A stretch of 64,000 bases of DNA from Octopus vulgaris (lineage: Eukaryota), in NCBI GenBank assembly GCA_951406725.2, contig OX597814.1, positions 137,392,001 to 137,456,000 on the forward strand. The letters run 5' to 3'. Every line of letters starts with the position of its first letter. Position 1 is the stretch's first letter. A program made the translations under genes and the position numbers. The notes beneath the pieces were generated by a model. It did no database searches and was not told the DNA's origin. It saw nothing but the letters and a program-made list of their open reading frames with translations. Of the stretch, positions 1 to 11,830 are shown in pieces.

Positions 1-90
1 ATATATATATATATATATATATTATATGCATACATATATCATCACATCATTTAACATTTTCTTTTTCATGCTGGCATACACACACACACA

Positions 91-1275
91 CTGGATCAGC
101 CAAAAAGTTCAGTTAGTTTTATCAATGCTAAACTTCAAGCACTCTAATAAGTAGCTAACTTCAGTTTATCTCTTGCACATGTGCATCCATGAGATGCTTG
201 ACACTTCAATGTAGTTTGATGTGAACTTCTGACAAGACAGGTTGTATTTTGTGTACTTGGAATCACTCTGAAAATGGAGTACCAAAGCAAACATTATCGA
301 CACCTCATAGTTTTTTTTTTAATTTTAAAAAAGACAAGAAATCAGTGGAAAGCTGCAAGGAATTATGCACTGTGTATGGAGAGAATGCTGTTATGAAACA
401 TGCCAGTAATGGGTTTCAAGATTTCAATCAGGAAATTTTTGATTGAAAATGCACCTCACTCTGGTCAGTGAACTGAGATAAATAGTAACACCAACCCCTG
501 CTATACAACCAGGATAATTGCAGATATTCTACAAATAATCAAACTGAGTGTTGAAAAACCCATCTGCATCAGCTTGGTTATGACAGCAGGCTTGATGCTT
601 CGGTCCCATATCAATTGAATAAGGCTAACATGACTCAATGGATTTCCATCTGTGATTTATTGCAGAAACATGAAGAAAGTTACCCTTTCCTGAAGAGAAT
701 GATAAGGGATGAAAAATGGATTGTCTGTAACAATGTGAAGCACAGCAAACCAATCAATTGTCAAAGCAGGACTTCACCTGAGAAAGGTTATGCTTTCAGT
801 TTGGTGGGACTGGAAGGATGTTGCCTTTTATGAGCTTATTCCCAAGGTCAGGACCATCAATTCGGATGTGCACTATGACCAGTTGGACACTAGAAGCATC
901 CAGTACTTGCTAATAAGGATCTTTCATCATGACAGTGCCAGACTGCACACTTTTTGTAAATGTGGAAGAAGATACTGAGGCCTATCTGGGAAGTTTTGCC
1001 ACACCCTTCATATTCACCCAACCTTGCACTTTCTGATTTCCACCTGTTTCAGTCTCCTTGAAATTCATTGAATGGACCTTCAACACTGAAGAAGATGTAA
1101 AATTTCACCGGGAAGGGTATTTTGCCAGTAAAGACAGGAAATAATGAGTCTACTCATAAGATGACAAAAGATACTGGAACAAAACAGTAATTATATCATT
1201 GATTAAATAAATTGCTTTGTGTTTAAAATTTGTCTTACTGTTGCTTGGAAAAAGCAAATGGATTTTTTGGCCATA
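91..1275 (+). mobile_element. Degenerate mariner (DD34D) transposon
   Basis: Frameshifted fragments carry mariner motifs WVPYQL, RDEKWIV, MLSVWWDWK, HHDSARLH and HPSYSPNLALSDFHLF. Length ~1.2 kb; ends approximate. Confidence 0.85.
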
Positions 1276-1280
1276 TATAT

Positions 1281-1538
1281 ATTGGCGTCTGTGTCGGTGA
1301 CACGTAAAAAGCACCAACCGATCATGGCCGTTTGCCAGCCTCCTCTGGCCCCTGTGCCGGTGGCACATAAAAAGCACCCACTACACTCATGGAGTGGTTG
1401 GCGTTAGGAAGGGCATCCAGCCATAGAAACACTGCCAGATCAGACTGGAGCCTGGCGCAGCCTCCTGGCTTCCCAGACCCTCGGTCGAACCATCCAACCC
1501 ATACTAGCATGGAAAATGGATGTTAAACGATGATGATG
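1281..1538 (+). mobile_element. RTE-LINE 3' end or RTE-derived SINE with (GAT)n tail
   Basis: Contains AAAAGCACCCACTACACTC...TTAGGAAGGGCATCCAGC...CCAACCCAT.CTAGCATGGAAAA followed by GATGATGATG. The same sequence follows RTE coding fragments elsewhere in the window. Confidence 0.75.
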
Positions 1539-1547
1539 TATTTATAT

Positions 1548-2795
1548 ACACCTTAAAATTTCAAACAAATTTATTTTAATATGAGGTAGCACTGCCCTTG
1601 GCAGTAATTACAGCTTGAATTATATGAGGTATGGACTCATACAAAGTTTGAATTGTTTCCAAAGGAATTTTTGTCCAATCTTTAGCTAAAACTGTCTCCA
1701 GTTCTTGTAGTGATGATGGTGGAGGATATCGACTCCTTACTTGTTTTTCTAAAATGCACCATAAATTTTAAATAATATTGAGATCTGGGGACTGTGGCGG
1801 CTAGATAAAATGTTCAACTTCACTAGAATGTTCCTCATGCCATTCAGTAACAACTTTAGCTGTGTGAATTGGTGCATTATCATCCTGAAAGATTGTGTTT
1901 CCTTTCAGAAACAGTTCTGCAACCATAGGATGAATTTGATCACATAAAATGCTTAAATAGTCTTGACTGTTAGTTCTGCCATGAAGGGAAACCGTTGGGC
2001 CAGCGAATTTCCAAGATATAGCCCCACCAGATGATCATAGATCCTCCTCCATGTTTAACAGTTGGAAGAAGGCAGTCTGGGTCAAATGCTTCTTTTGGCT
2101 GTCTCCACTCGTATACTTGGCCAGTAGTCGGAAATAAGGTAAAGGATGACTCATCCAAGAAAATAACATTCTTCAACTGCTCTAGGGACTAATTCTGTAG
2201 GCTTTTACATCACTCTAAACGCTTTGCATTGTTTGTGTTTGAAATTAGTGGTTTTCTGATTGCAGCCCCACCATGAAATCCGGCTTTGTACAGCTCCAGC
2301 GAACAGTTTTTGTGGAAACAGTTTTTGTGGAAAACGCGGTGGTCATTAAGCTCTGCAGTAATTTTGGGAGCTGTACTTTTGTGATCCTTTCTAACAATTT
2401 GCATAAGAGTCTGACGGTCCCTATCTGAAACTTTTGGTTTTCTTCCGGAGTTCTGTTTGACAAAGAGGTTTTTTCCCTCTTTCTCAAAGGCTGTCATTAC
2501 TTTCAAGACAGTACTTCTTGATACACCAAACATTTCAGCTGTTTTTGTTACACTAGCGCCTGCTATATGAGCACCAACAACTTGACCTCCTTCAAAGTCC
2601 GATAGATCAGTCATTTTAATGAATTTTTATTACCTTTTTCTGATGATATCTGAAAAGAAACAGCAATTTTAGCAAAACATATTAAGCAACACCAATAATA
2701 AATCAAAATACATAAAAATGAAAAAGCTTTTGACAGTTTTATAGATATTTCAAAATTATGATGCTAGATGTTTCCATTATTTTGTCCAACCCTTG
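1548..2795 (-). mobile_element. Degenerate Tc1-family transposon
   Basis: ORFs 2614-2210 (MTDLSDFEGGQVVGA..., paired-like HTH) and 2176-1970 (VIFLDESSF...TVKHGGGSMIIW). One full TIR CAAGGGTTGGACAAAATAATGGAAAC next to TA; the other TIR is truncated. Confidence 0.9.
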
Positions 2796-2853
<58 letters not shown>

Positions 2854-2865
2854 TACACACACCTT

Positions 2866-2962
2866 CCATGTCACCAAAATCATGGAACACCTCAGGAGGA
2901 AGCTGATTGCTTGTTTCCTTGAAGATAATGACTTGCTCCCTGACACCCAGCATGGCTTCCAC
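2866..2962 (+). mobile_element. Small non-LTR RT fragment (CR1/L2-like)
   Basis: HVTKIMEH...FLEDNDLLPDTQHGF, typical of the start of a LINE RT domain; flanked by microsatellites. Confidence 0.55.
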
Positions 2963-5116
2963 TATATATATAGTTTATGAGGTTTACTTTTCAACATCGT
3001 CCCCCTTGTGGTTGACACTTCTTCTATTGATGTTGCAGTGCTTGGCTCCCAATCGTAAAGAAGCTTTCATCCTGTTAGTCAAAAAAGTCATCAAAAGCAG
3101 ATATATCATTTACCACCAGCAAAATTTCCTATTAATTTACATGTTTATTCTTTAGAATAAACACTGACTGTCATTAAGTTGTGACAAGTTTTACTCAATA
3201 AGTATTTATTGTTTACACATTCAGTCTGTCCTGATGCTAACACAACAAAAAACTATTTTATAAATAAACCAATCATTGCAATTGTTAGTCAAATGAAAGC
3301 CATTCATTTGATCTTCTCTAATTGAAAATATTCAATATTTTGTAGTCTTACAGTTATTGTCTCTCTGTTCTTTCTACTGTTACTTTTTTATGACCTACAA
3401 GCACACCTCACTGCCCATGAAATCTTCTGGCTCTTGCTGTCTGAAATTCATTCAATTCTCTAAATGCTCTATCAAACATTATATGCATTTCTTCATTCCC
3501 CAAACTGTTGCCTAACAGAATTCCTTTTCCTTCCATGCACACCCATAAGACAAACTTTTAAATTTTAAAGGTTTATTCAAATAGCAACTACCTAACAATG
3601 GACCTGAAAAGCTCTCACAAGCAATATGAAGTGCACTCCACCCTTGCTTTAAAAAAACGTATATGTACAGACATATGTATTGAATCCCTGCAAATGGATT
3701 CAATAGGGATAATAGAGGAAAGATGGGTGTGACCATTTTATAGTAACAGAATAAGCAGAGAGAAGAGGCAGAATGTCCATGGGCCAGAGTTTGAAGCCAG
3801 TTAGTGAATCTGTATCAGTTAGTTGCATGACCTTTCTGGATGCTGTCTAATATTGTGCATAACAGTATCAACATTCCTGCAGGTTTTTTTGGCCCCAAAA
3901 ACGATGCAGTTTTAGCTAGACACTATGTAAAGTTCATAAGAAAAGATAATCAGAGATTGCAAGGACTAACATTGGTAACAACTTCATTGCATGAAAGGAC
4001 AATATAGAAAACTATATGACCCAAAATAGTTGTTATATTGTTGAAAGAGGCTAAGTTGTCATGTCTCCATTGCAGGATGCTTTTGAGTTCTCTGTTCATG
4101 GAAGAAATCTAAGCTTGGCATAAAATGTTTATCAACATGTGGATGATGCCTCTGGGTATAAGGTTAAGGAAAAGTGAAGAGCTGAGCATTGTTAAGAGTT
4201 GACAGCAAGCAGATTAATAATGTACACAAAATTGTGGAATACACAAACTAAAACCTTGGAGTAAAGCTTCCAATCCAAATAATAATAAGATGATGAAGAC
4301 AATAGGTGGGCAATTTAACTGAGACATTCCTCTGACAGAAATGGTCAAAATCCCTTGTTGATGACAATTCAATGGCATTATTTTCGCCAAATATGTCTAA
4401 GGCAAGAAATGAAAAGTGAATGACGCGTCTTGTCGTTTTAGGGGTAACTAGAACGATCTTATCCAATGCCCTTCCTTGTATTATACGGTGATGTTCATTT
4501 GAAAGCAATTTGTCTGATATTTTAATTAATCAAACAACGATGTAGATGGCCCCACTGTAGAATCAAAATACGCGTCCCGTCCCCCTCTGCTGGAGATTCA
4601 CTGAGAGGAAAACGTTCAAAGAATCGATTGTTGATAAATGAAAATGAAACACCTGCTAGGAATGGAAAGAATAATTTGTCTTCTGCTTTCATCGACCACG
4701 TATGCCAGTACTCAGTGAACCTTTACATAATATACACACATGTAGATATGACACGTGCACTTATCACGATCTTATAATTTCCTATGTTCATTAACGAAAC
4801 AATTTTAAAGTGTTACAACACCATTTTATGCTGTTTAAATATCTTAGATGAAAAACATCCTCAAATTTATTTATTCTCAATTTCATTTTAAAACACGAAA
4901 ACCCGACGTAAATCATTCTAGATAAAATCTTTCGCGAAAAGGAATTTAAATTTTCAATTTACAAAAAAGTTTTTAAATTTTTAGCCAAAAAAAGAAAGGT
5001 TTAAATTTTGATATTTTACACGTTTCTATAAAAAAAAAACATCGATCTCGAATGTTTGAAAGGCAGTATGAAGACATACACAAAGTTCAACATAGAGAAA
5101 TTAAATGTACACGTAC

Positions 5117-5302
5117 TTTAGCATTAAGTGCAATTATATCCACTTCTCTTTTGCAGTCCTTCTTTTTTTTAGTGAAGATAGCCAGACGGGGTAAATTGGG
5201 ATTTTTCTGAACAGCTTCCTGGACAACCCAATCAACATCGGCTTTTAGAGGAAGCTTAGCTCCGATCTCACAGTTTTCCAGAATGCTAGTTTCAGCACCC
5301 AT
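5117..5302 (-). CDS. SCYL3: First coding exon of SCYL3/PACE-1-like pseudokinase (gene continues leftward)
   Basis: MGAETSILENCEIG...LAIFTKKKKDCKREVDIIALNAK followed by phase-0 donor AAA|GTACGT at 5116. MGxxxS myristoylation motif. Resembles the recalled human SCYL3 N-terminus MGSENSALKSY...ASVFVYKRENEDKVNKAAK, which precedes HLKTLRHP. The next exon was not found in the window. Confidence 0.65.
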
Positions 5303-5309
5303 TTTGTAT

Positions 5310-5670
5310 CACTCTACCATAAACTACGAAATAACAACAGAGTGTGTCATCTTAAAAATGACATTATATAAAAGAAGGAATAAGACTTCCTAAACAATAA
5401 TGAACCTAATGATGATACTTCAACGAAATGAAGCCAGTGAAATTGTTGCATCCAAACTGTAATGGACTGCCAAGGGAGGTAATAATGGAAACTGCAACCG
5501 GAAATGTAAATTTCATAAAATAAATACTCTTTTTGTTTATTCTTCTTTTATTTATGTATTTATTCCAAGAAATCATTATTTCACAACTGATCGCCTGCCA
5601 TACCACTAAATTTACAACTAAAACCAATAAATGATCCCCAAATAAGTGTTATTTAATGACAGGTATGTTA
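5310..5670. promoter_or_regulatory. Putative (possibly bidirectional) promoter
   Basis: Unique sequence upstream of the SCYL3-like ATG, in a CpG-retaining zone. ETS-like ACCGGAAATG at 5497-5506; + strand donor-like AG|GTATGT at 5662/5663. Confidence 0.35.
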
Positions 5671-6574
5671 TCCAAAACTTTCCTTTATTTATTACATTCA
5701 TTGAATATTTCATACAATCAAGAGTTACATAATTTTTTTTTAATCACCTTATTTTACAAATCGATTGCAGTTAACTCCTGTCAACGAGAGTGCCATTATG
5801 CAACCGCTTGAAATGTTATAAAAAACACTTTTCGAAACAATAACAAACAAACAAACAAAAAAGCGCTGCTTGAAAAAAGATGGAATGGTCAGGGTTGGAA
5901 CGTTTTTCATGTCTGATGGATCAGATCTCACCTGAGGCTTAACAACATTATTAGGATCTTTTATGTTGCAAACTTTAAAAGCTAATAACTTTTTTATTTA
6001 TTAATTTACGGCAAAAATGAATTTTATTTTCATAACTAGTATACAAAACTAAATAGGTACGCCAAACTTTAAAACAATTGGAATAAAATTAAAAAAAAAA
6101 AAAGAGAAGAAAACTGTGACAGCAACAGAAAAGATCCAGATCCTGTTATTATCACAAATTTTAGGAACATATTTCCAAACTTCGTTGGGTGATAGGCCGA
6201 ACACGCCCACTAATACAACGAGAAAACTCTTGCGTAGCTCCTCGACGTGCTAAGAAATAGTAGCTAAGGCATTCCTACACATTTGTGCCCCACCGACTTC
6301 GTGCCTCATAACTTTCAGAAAAATGGATATCTTTTATGAAAGTTTCTACAAATACGCTTCATATCATGTAAACTCAGATTATATCGGAATATGTGGCGAA
6401 AAAAAACTTTTTTATAATCGTATTCTATGCTCTTTGAAAGGTGTTTCTGTAAGGTTTCCTTAAGGTGTTTCTGTAAGGTTTCATTTTCCTGAAAGTTATG
6501 AAACAGATCGTGGGGTCGAGGAGTTTCGGAAAATTCGCATGAGTTGGTTTTGTTTCCTCAAACATTAACCGTAG

Positions 6575-8140
6575 AAAGTTTGAGACCCGTTTTAACGAAA
6601 ACAAGAATATACCAGACTACGAGGTGTTAAAAACTGTAGAAAAGGAATGTGAAAAAAAAATATCTGCGCAAACGAACGTGGGGAGAGGACTTACGGAAAA
6701 ATCCACAAGATCGGAATTTTTCTCTAATAACTTCAAGAAAATGGATATATATCGATGAAATTTTATAGAAATACCGTTCAAAAGGCACAAATTACGACTA
6801 TAAAGACATTTCTGGGAAAAAAAATTTTCTGAAGGGCTAGGGAGAGGACTGTCGGAAAATTCACACGATCTGTACCTTTCGCATTATAACTTTCAAGAAA
6901 ATGGAATATCTTTTAAAGAAACTTTACAGAAATACCTTTCAAACAGCATAGATTACGATTATAAAAAAAATTGTGGTAAAAATGTTTTCCGAAGGGGTGG
7001 AGAGAGGACTATCAGAAAGTTCACACGATCCCTTTTTCCCCCCTCATAACTTTCAGGATCTAGTTTAGCGCCCGGTTACCTAAACTTTTTTTTTTTGCAC
7101 CGGATTCTTATGTTTTTGATGACGAATATTCCGAATATGCAAAAAACCCCGCCTCAATTTTTAATTTTCAACCTCTTTTCGATTTTTTTTTTCAGTCTAC
7201 GGGAATACGGAGATTAAGAATTTGGCGGGAAAAGAAACATTTTGATTTCAAATCTTTTATGAAAAACTCCAAAATTGATCAAAATTTCGCCACCTCATCT
7301 CGCTGTCTAAAAGTGAAAATAAACGGTTGTTTTGTTCGTTTCCGCATGCGTAGATTTATAGTGATACAGCAAAAGGATCACGGTGTGTGAAGCCCTCACC
7401 ACAAAACTCTATATGCTAAAACTAACAGTTAAATGTCTGGAGAATCTTTGTGCTTGTGTGTGTGTGCAACAATTTCTACAGCTTATCCGAATGAACAGAG
7501 AAAGAAGGGATCTTTTCGGTTTGACCGGCAGTTTTTTAAAATAATTTCTACGTAACTAAACACTTTTAAACTTCGTATACTGGTAGAATGTGTTTATAAA
7601 ATATCTTTTTCTCTTGGCTTTATTGAGAAAATTCTATAGTTTGTAAGATATTTGTTGTTTTTTTCTTCAATTTCTGCAATTTCAACCAATCAATGGCGTC
7701 TATTGAGGTGAAAACATTCTGCGCCGTATGAATATGTCCCTCGTTTAAGAAACAGATTGAGTTTATTTACATTTCTGAAGAAAAAAAAAATTATGCCTTT
7801 CCCCCCACCCCTAACCTTGACCAACCCTAACCCTAAAACAGATTGAAATACAATAGATCGATACTAGGGTCATAATTATGGGTGACAATTTCATATGACA
7901 CCGCTAGAAAAAACTGGCGTTCAAACCGAAAAGATCCAAAAGAAGTACACAGGAATATATTTTACATACCTGTCGGATACGTCAGTTTTGTTTTTCACTT
8001 TAAAGGTAAAAGATTCTGATAGTAGCAATTAGCTTGGTGTCAATTCATTGGAGTAATCCCAACAAAATACTACAAGTTTAGTCTTTGGCTCAGCACCTAT
8101 GTTTGTGTTCTTCCTTCCAAAATAATAAAATCTTTAACAT
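6575..8140 (+). repeat. Left arm of ~1.15-kb inverted repeat (interrupted by a MITE), with ~150-bp internal subrepeats
   Basis: Reverse-complement similarity to 10503-11653, e.g. GGCTCAGCACCTATGTTTGTGTTCTTCCTTCCAAAATAATAAAA and GTGAAGCCCTCACCACAAAACTC. Confidence 0.85.
7508..7937. mobile_element. MITE with GGATCTTTTCGGTTTGA TIRs and ~8-bp TSD
   Basis: Ends GGATCTTTTCGGTTTGACCGGCAG / CTGGCGTTCAAACCGAAAAGATCC. Flanks GAAAGAAG / AAAAGAAG. The empty site is present in the other arm at ~10695-10715. Confidence 0.9.
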
Positions 8141-8141
8141 A

Positions 8142-8585
8142 CTTCCAAAATGGGACTTCATCCATGTGTATCCGCATGTGTATATGTGAAAGTGTGTGTG
8201 TGGGGAGGGATGTTGGTGTGCAAGAAAAACATTGATGGAAATGAACTTGCTCAATGTTACACATCTGAATTTCTTTTTAATTGCAATGACGAAACAAGGG
8301 GTTTAGTACTTACAGCCAAAATTAATTCCCTTTGCATTTTCTCTCTTTTTCAGTATTCAATTTAAAGAGTCATTGAACCAGGATTTTAATTTCATTTGAT
8401 ACACACTTTGCTATCATTTATATGAAGAATTGCAAACATAGCATATAAAGATAACTTATTTCAATAGAAATTTTACGACTACATTTCCATAAATGTTTTT
8501 CTCGCACACCAACACCCCTGCACACATACATGCACCTGCACATAAACGCACGCAAATACTCATGGACAAAGTCCCATTTTGGAAG
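8142..8585. mobile_element. MITE with TA TSD (Tc1/mariner-type)
   Basis: TA|CTTCCAAAATGGGACTT...AAGTCCCATTTTGGAAG|TA; imperfect inverted similarity extends ~100 bp. Confidence 0.75.
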
Positions 8586-9457
8586 TATTATTCTTTTATT
8601 CTTTTACTTGTTTCAGTCATTTGATCACACCCACCTTTAGTCAAACAAATTGACCCCAGGACTTATTCTTCGTAAACCTAATACTTATTCTATCGGTCTC
8701 TTTTGCTGAACCACTTAGTTACAGAGACGCAAACACACCAACATCAGTTACCTAGCGATGGCGGGGAGGGAGACAAACACACACACACACAATCAAAATA
8801 AGCAACAGCATATTAAGTAGTAATGCAGTACGACTGTTTCAAGCGGCTCCATTTAATTGAAGAATGCAATCATTACATCAATCTAAATGAAGTACCATTT
8901 TCAGCTGCTCAGATAAGTAAATGGAATTTTAACAAGTAGGACACATTAATATAATTTTTCTTAAATACTTTAACAGAACAAGAAGATGGAAGAAATTCAC
9001 ATTGTTGCTATTGTAGCTAAGAACAGACTACAACTTCTAAGAATCACATGGAGCATAGTGGAAGTCATAGGGTTGTAATTCATTTCTAATTCATTTATCT
9101 CTTTATCAACTACTAAATTTAAGACTCGAAGACTGTGTCTATTTTGAATAAAGGACAAGAGTGAGTTGACAGCTCATGGCTAGGTATGGTCATAAATATT
9201 ATCATATGTACCCCTTTTCCCCTGGGGGGAAATAAGACATGAGGAATACTCAGTTGGATATAAGTAACTGTCTATAAAAAGAGGCAGGGAGGGGTAGACT
9301 TTAAATCATAGTGTTAATTACCAGTTAAAGGGGTAAGATGCTAAGAAATCAAAGATATTAATACATAGGAAATTTTATTTCGGGGCACTATGAGGGAATG
9401 TTTATAAACAATATCGTTATGTTGTATAAAAATAAAATTTAAGAATTTCAAATATGT

Positions 9458-10274
9458 CATCATCATCATCATCATCGTTTAGCATCCGTTTTCCATGCTA
9501 GCATGGGTTGGACGGTTCTACTGGGGTCTGTGAAGCCAGAAGGCTTCATCAGGCCCAGTCAAATCTGGCAGTGTTTCTACGGCTGGATGCCCTTCCTAAC
9601 GCCAACCACTCCATGAGTGTAGTGGGTGCCACCCGCACTGGTGCTAGACAGAGCTGGCAAACGGCCACGAACGGATGGTGCTTTTTATGCGCCACCGGCA
9701 CGAGGGCCAGGCGAGGCTGGCAATGGACACGAAACGGGGCGGTGCTGGCAACGGTCGCGAAACGGAAAGTTCTCTTACATGCCACCGGCATTGGTAACAC
9801 ATCTGCAATTTCCATTGATCGATTTCGATTCTGATCCTCACTTGCCTCAACGGGTCTTCACAAGTAGAGTTTCGACATGCCACCGGCACTGGTAACACAT
9901 CCGCAATTTCCATTGATCGATTTCGATTCTGATCCTCACTTGCCTCAACACATCTTCACAAGTAGAGTTTTGTGTCCCAAGAAGGGAAGGTATGCATACG
10001 TAGGCTGGCTCCATCCCATGTAGAAGGCCACGGGTTATGGACTCACTTGTCCTGCCGGGTCTTCTCGCGCACAGCACACTTCCAGAGGTCTCGGTCTCTG
10101 GTCATTTCCTCAGTGAGACCTAAAGTTCGAAGGTCGTGCTTCACCACCTCGTCCCAGGTTTTCCTGGGTCTGCCTCTTCCACAGGTTCCCTCAACCGATA
10201 GGGTGTGGCACTTTTTCACACAACTATCTTCATCCATTCTCGCCACATGACCATACCAGCGCAAACGTCTCTCT

Positions 10275-10278
<4 letters not shown>
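9458..10278 (-). mobile_element. RTE-clade LINE 3' end with 3' UTR and (CAT)n tail
   Basis: ORF 10264-10043 RWYGHVARMDEDSCVKKC..VEGTCGRGRPRKTWDEVVKHDL, a canonical RTE C-terminus. A ~100-bp tandem duplication lies in the UTR (9777-9970). Confidence 0.9.
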
Positions 10279-10336
<58 letters not shown>

Positions 10337-10337
<1 letters not shown>

Positions 10338-10500
10338 GATGGGCTTCTTTTAGTTTCCGTCTACCATATCAACTCGCGAGGCTTTGGTTGGCCCGAGGAT
10401 ATAGTGGAAGATACTTGCCCAAAGTACCACACAGTGGGACTGAACCCGAAACCATGTGATTGAGAAGCAAGCTTCTTACCACACAGCCATACCTGTGCCT
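10337..10500 (-). mobile_element. tRNA-derived SINE, 5' part
   Basis: Reverse complement of the head of the 63620-63990 copy (TGGCTGTGTGGTAAG A-box-like; GGTTCAGTCCC B-box-like). Confidence 0.75.
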
Positions 10501-10502
10501 AT

Positions 10503-11830
10503 TATGTTAAAGTTTTTATTATTTTGGAAGGAAGAACACAAACATAGGTGCTGAGCCAGTGACTACACTTGTAGTATTTTGGGGGGATTACTCCAATGAA
10601 TTGACACCAAGGTAGTTGCTTTTATCAGAATTGTTTACCTTTAAAGTGAAAAACAAAACTGACGTATATGACAGGTATGTAAAATATATTTCTGTGTACT
10701 TCTTTCTCTGTTCATTCGGATAAGCTGTAGAAATTGTTGCACGCACACACAAACACAAAAATTCTCCAGACATTTAGCTGTTATTTTTAGCTTATCGAGT
10801 TTTGTGGTGAGGGCTTCACATACCGTGATCTTTTTGCTGTTTCACTATAAATCTACACGTGTGGAAATGGACAAAACAGCCATTTATTTTCACTTTTAGA
10901 CAGCGGTATGAGGTGGCAAGGGGGGTGGGTAATCAATTTTGGAGTTTTTCATAAAAAATCTGAAATTAAAATGTTTTCTTTCCTCCATATTCTTAACCTC
11001 CGTATTTTTCCATGTAAATTGAAAAAAAGAATTTTAGTAAAAAGTTAAAGATTAAAAATTTGCAGGGTGGGGGATGGGATTAAAAATTTTGAAAACATGG
11101 TTTTTTACATATTTGGAATCTCCGTCATCAAAAAAATAGGAATCCGGCAAAAAAAAGAAACATTTTGATGACCAGGTGCAAAACTAGATTCAGAAAGTTA
11201 TGAGAGGGAAAAAACAGATCATGTGAACTTTCTGAGTCCTCTCCTCACCCCTTCAGAAAACATTTTCCCTACAAATTTCTTTATAATTGTAATCTATGCT
11301 GTTTGAAAGGTATTTCTATAAAATTTCATTAAAAGATATCCATTTTCCTGAAAGTTATGAGCGGAAAAAAACAGATTGGGTAAATTTTCAAACAGTTCTC
11401 TCCCCACCGCTTCAGAAAAAATTTCCCCAGAAATGTCTTTATAATCGTAATTTATGCTACTTGAATGGTATTTCTATAAAATTTCATCAATATATGAGGG
11501 AAAAATCGGATTTTGGGAATTTTCCGAAAGATCTCTTCTCACCACCCCATGTGTGTTTGCACAGATTTTGTTTTTTTTTCATATTTGTTTTCTACAGGTT
11601 TTAACACCTTGCAGGTTGGTATTTTTTTGTTTTCGTTAACGAGTCTCAAACTTTATATTAACCATATTTTCTGAGTCCTCTCCCCACCCCTTCATAAAAC
11701 ATTTTCCCTACAAATTTCTTTATAATCGTAATCTATGCTGTTTGAAAGGTATTTCTGCAAAATTTCCTTAAAAGATATCCATTTTCCTGAAAGTTATGAG
11801 CGGAAAAAAACAGATTGTGTAAATTTTCTG
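10503..11830 (-). repeat. Right arm of large inverted repeat plus a local direct duplication (11668-11830 copies ~11230-11390)
   Basis: Reverse complement of 6575-8140 without the MITE. Confidence 0.85.

Noticed and set aside
3400-3441. Possible minus-strand micro-exon (TTTCAG...GAG|GT)
   Set aside because: Translations do not resemble SCYL3; such splice-like motifs occur by chance.
4248-4508. 86-aa minus ORF as the next SCYL3 exon
   Set aside because: Lacks the expected LKTLRHP-like kinase-fold sequence and has no clear splice sites.
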